A DNA stretch of 52,969 bases from an uncultured Clostridia bacterium (GTDB lineage: Bacteria; Bacillota; Clostridia; TANB77; CAG-508), in assembly GCA_947626335.1 (NCBI GenBank), contig CANQRY010000004.1, positions 1 through 52,969 on the forward strand, read 5' to 3'. Made by a program: the position numbers and the translations under genes. The notes below the pieces were generated by a model. That model did no database searches. It was not told the DNA's origin and worked only from the letters and a program-made list of their open reading frames with translations. Position 1 is the first letter of the stretch. The number at the start of each line of letters is the position of its first letter. Shown one piece after another: positions 50,517 to 52,969 of the stretch.

Positions 50517-52022
50517 ATGGAAGAAAATCAAAATTTAAACCAAGAACAAGATCAAGAATTAGACCTAAATCATTTAATGATGGTCAGAAGGGAAAAACTA
50601 GCAAAACTACAAGCAGAAGGCAAAGATCCATTTCAAATTACAAAATTTGAAACAACACATAATAGCAAACAAATTAAAGATAATTATGATGAATTAGAAG
50701 GCAAAGATGTTACAATAGCTGGTAGAATGATGGCTAAACGTATTATGGGAAAAGCCTCTTTTTGTCATATACAAGATGAGCAAGGCAGAATTCAAAGTTA
50801 TGTTAGTATAAATGAATTAGGTGAAGAAAGTTATAAACAATTTAAAGAAGACGATATTGGAGATATTATTGGAATTACAGGTTTTGTATTTAAAACAAAA
50901 ACAGGAGAAATTTCAATACATGCAAAAGAGGTAACTTTACTTTCTAAATCATTAAGACCATTACCAGAGAAGTTTCATGGTTTAAAAGATACAGAATTAC
51001 GTTATCGTCAAAGATATGTTGACTTAATTGTAAATCCAGAAGTAAAAGAGACCTTCAAAAAGAGAATTGAAATTTTAAAAGAAGTAAAAAATGTATTAAA
51101 TGAAAAAGGATATTTAGAAGTTGAAACTCCTATTTTAAACGTAATAGCAGGAGGAGCATCAGCTAAGCCATTTGTTACTCATCATAATGCATTAGATATA
51201 GACATGTATTTAAGAATTGCAAACGAATTATACCTAAAAAGACTTATTGTTGGTGGATTTGATAAAGTATATGAAATGGGAAGAATGTTTAGAAACGAAG
51301 GAATGGACTTAAAACATAACCCAGAGTTTACAAACGTAGAGTTATATGCTGCATATCAAGATTACCACGATATGATGGATATTACCGAAGAAATAATTTC
51401 AAGAGCAGCCTTAAAAGTATTAGGAACAACAAAAATAACTTACCAAGGTACAGAAATAGATTTAACACCATCATGGAAAAGAATATCTATGATAGACAGT
51501 ATAAAAGAAGTAACAGGAATAGACTTTAATAAAATAGAAATAGACGAAGAAGCTAAAAAAGTAGCTGAAGACTTAAATGTAGAATTAGATGAATTAAAAC
51601 TAACAAGAGGAGATATTATTAGCCAAGTATTTGAAGCAAAAGTAGAAGATACTTTAGTACAACCAACATTTATTTATGACTATCCAGTAGAAGTATCTCC
51701 ACTTACAAAGAAAAAACCATCAGACACACGTTTAACAGAAAGATTTGAATTATTTATTGGTGGTAGAGAATATGGAAATGCATATTCAGAGCTAAACGAT
51801 CCAATTGACCAATATGAAAGATTTAAAAAACAAGTTGAAGCTAGAGAAGCAGGCGACGAAGAAGCAAACATGATGGATGATGACTTCATAGCAGCACTAG
51901 AATACGGTATGCCACCTACAGGAGGACTAGGAATTGGAATTGATAGACTAGTTATGCTACTTACAGATTCAGCTTCTATTAGAGATGTTTTATTATTCCC
52001 AACAATGAAACCTTTAAACTAG
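50517..52022 (+). CDS. lysS: Lysine--tRNA ligase (class II)
   Basis: [15 protein letters not shown]...[22 protein letters not shown]. Confidence 0.98.
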   Translation: MEENQNLNQEQDQELDLNHLMMVRREKLAKLQAEGKDPFQITKFETTHNSKQIKDNYDELEGKDVTIAGRMMAKRIMGKASFCHIQDEQGRIQSYVSINELGEESYKQFKEDDIGDIIGITGFVFKTKTGEISIHAKEVTLLSKSLRPLPEKFHGLKDTELRYRQRYVDLIVNPEVKETFKKRIEILKEVKNVLNEKGYLEVETPILNVIAGGASAKPFVTHHNALDIDMYLRIANELYLKRLIVGGFDKVYEMGRMFRNEGMDLKHNPEFTNVELYAAYQDYHDMMDITEEIISRAALKVLGTTKITYQGTEIDLTPSWKRISMIDSIKEVTGIDFNKIEIDEEAKKVAEDLNVELDELKLTRGDIISQVFEAKVEDTLVQPTFIYDYPVEVSPLTKKKPSDTRLTERFELFIGGREYGNAYSELNDPIDQYERFKKQVEAREAGDEEANMMDDDFIAALEYGMPPTGGLGIGIDRLVMLLTDSASIRDVLLFPTMKPLN

Positions 52023-52092
52023 TTTAATACATTTTAATAAATTAAATGGCATAGCATATAGCATTATTATTCAAAATGGAGATACGATAAAT

Positions 52093-52969
52093 ATGGAAGA
52101 TATAAAAGAAAAATTTGAAAAATTTTATACTATTTTTTTGAATAGTAATAAAAATGAATTAGACAAGTTAGAAGAATATAGACAAGATACAATTAATGAA
52201 AGAAAAAAAAGGAACATTATACTTTTTATAATAGAACTGATAGCTTTATTATTTTTTATTTATGGAATTATATCAGGTACTGAAAATATATCAATGTTTG
52301 GTTTTATGATTGCTATTTTTGGTCCAATGATTATTGCTTTATGTATTAAAAAAAATATAGTAAAATATGAGAATATATATAAGGATGTAGTAATAAAAAA
52401 GATAATAGAATATTTTGAACCATCTTTAAAATATTATCCTGATGCAAACATAGATTATAGCGAATATAATGAAATAGGATTGGAACATTGCAATGAATTT
52501 CATTCAACGGATGTCATTAAGGGGATATACTTAACGAATCAAGTAACAATTTCAAAAGTAACTACTCAATATAGCTATAGAGATTTTTCATCAACAACAG
52601 GAGGAGGGAATTATGAAACTTTTGAGGGAGTATTTGCAAAAATAAAATTATCCGATAGATTTAACGAAAATATTTATATTAAAAGAAAAACTGATATTAG
52701 TGAGAAACTATTTAGCGTTTTTGTAAAAGATATTAACCAAGTTGTTAACACGAGAACGAGAGAACAGCAATTAGATAAAGAATGTAAAAAAATATACATA
52801 GATAAATTAAGTAAAGAATTCATTATATATACATCAAATTTAAAATATGAAAACATATTTGATAATAGTTTAATTAAAAATTTAGTTGATATAAGTAATA
52901 AACAAAAATTTGAGATAAGCATAAAGAATGGAAATATTTATATAAAATTATGGACTGATGGTGCTTTTT
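52093..52969 (+). CDS. DUF3137-like membrane protein, truncated by the window end
   Basis: Open frame from ATG 52093; 2 TM then YK..VIKKII..F...LKYYP, D.I.G, TFEGVF. Confidence 0.65.
   Translation, partial: MEDIKEKFEKFYTIFLNSNKNELDKLEEYRQDTINERKKRNIILFIIELIALLFFIYGIISGTENISMFGFMIAIFGPMIIALCIKKNIVKYENIYKDVVIKKIIEYFEPSLKYYPDANIDYSEYNEIGLEHCNEFHSTDVIKGIYLTNQVTISKVTTQYSYRDFSSTTGGGNYETFEGVFAKIKLSDRFNENIYIKRKTDISEKLFSVFVKDINQVVNTRTREQQLDKECKKIYIDKLSKEFIIYTSNLKYENIFDNSLIKNLVDISNKQKFEISIKNGNIYIKLWTDGAF

Overview
Low-GC, spore-forming Clostridia-type chromosomal segment. It is mostly housekeeping and sporulation genes (xseB, fhs, sleB, efp, recG, valS with T-box, spoIIAA-spoIIAB-sigF-spoIID-spoIIQ-like, addA, dnaE, ireB-ruvX-DUF1292, rbgA, mrnC, recN, lysS), plus tRNA-Trp, tRNA-Glu, tmRNA, two toxin-antitoxin-type pairs and several accessory genes. 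The main finding is an apparent recoding rule. In host-type genes, all three in-frame CGG codons I could find mark a +1 frame break, where skipping the C (CGGN read as Gly) restores a conserved protein. One site is in the WYPGHM motif of the ribosome GTPase RbgA and two are in an M23 peptidase, before its HLH motif. In contrast, four GC-richer stand-alone orphan genes all carry in-frame CGG inside unbroken ORFs. Other points of interest: an LPxTG surface protein with an internal Hint (intein-like) domain with a non-canonical end; an AT-hook/ParA-like plus degenerate GGDEF operon; a prepilin peptidase lacking its Zn-Cys methylase region, with an E5-less pilin-like LRR protein nearby; a tRNA-Trp with a 4-bp anticodon stem; a candidate sRNA; a 43-bp IS3-like end remnant; and an RPE-like palindrome. 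All calls are by eye from motifs; no database search was run.
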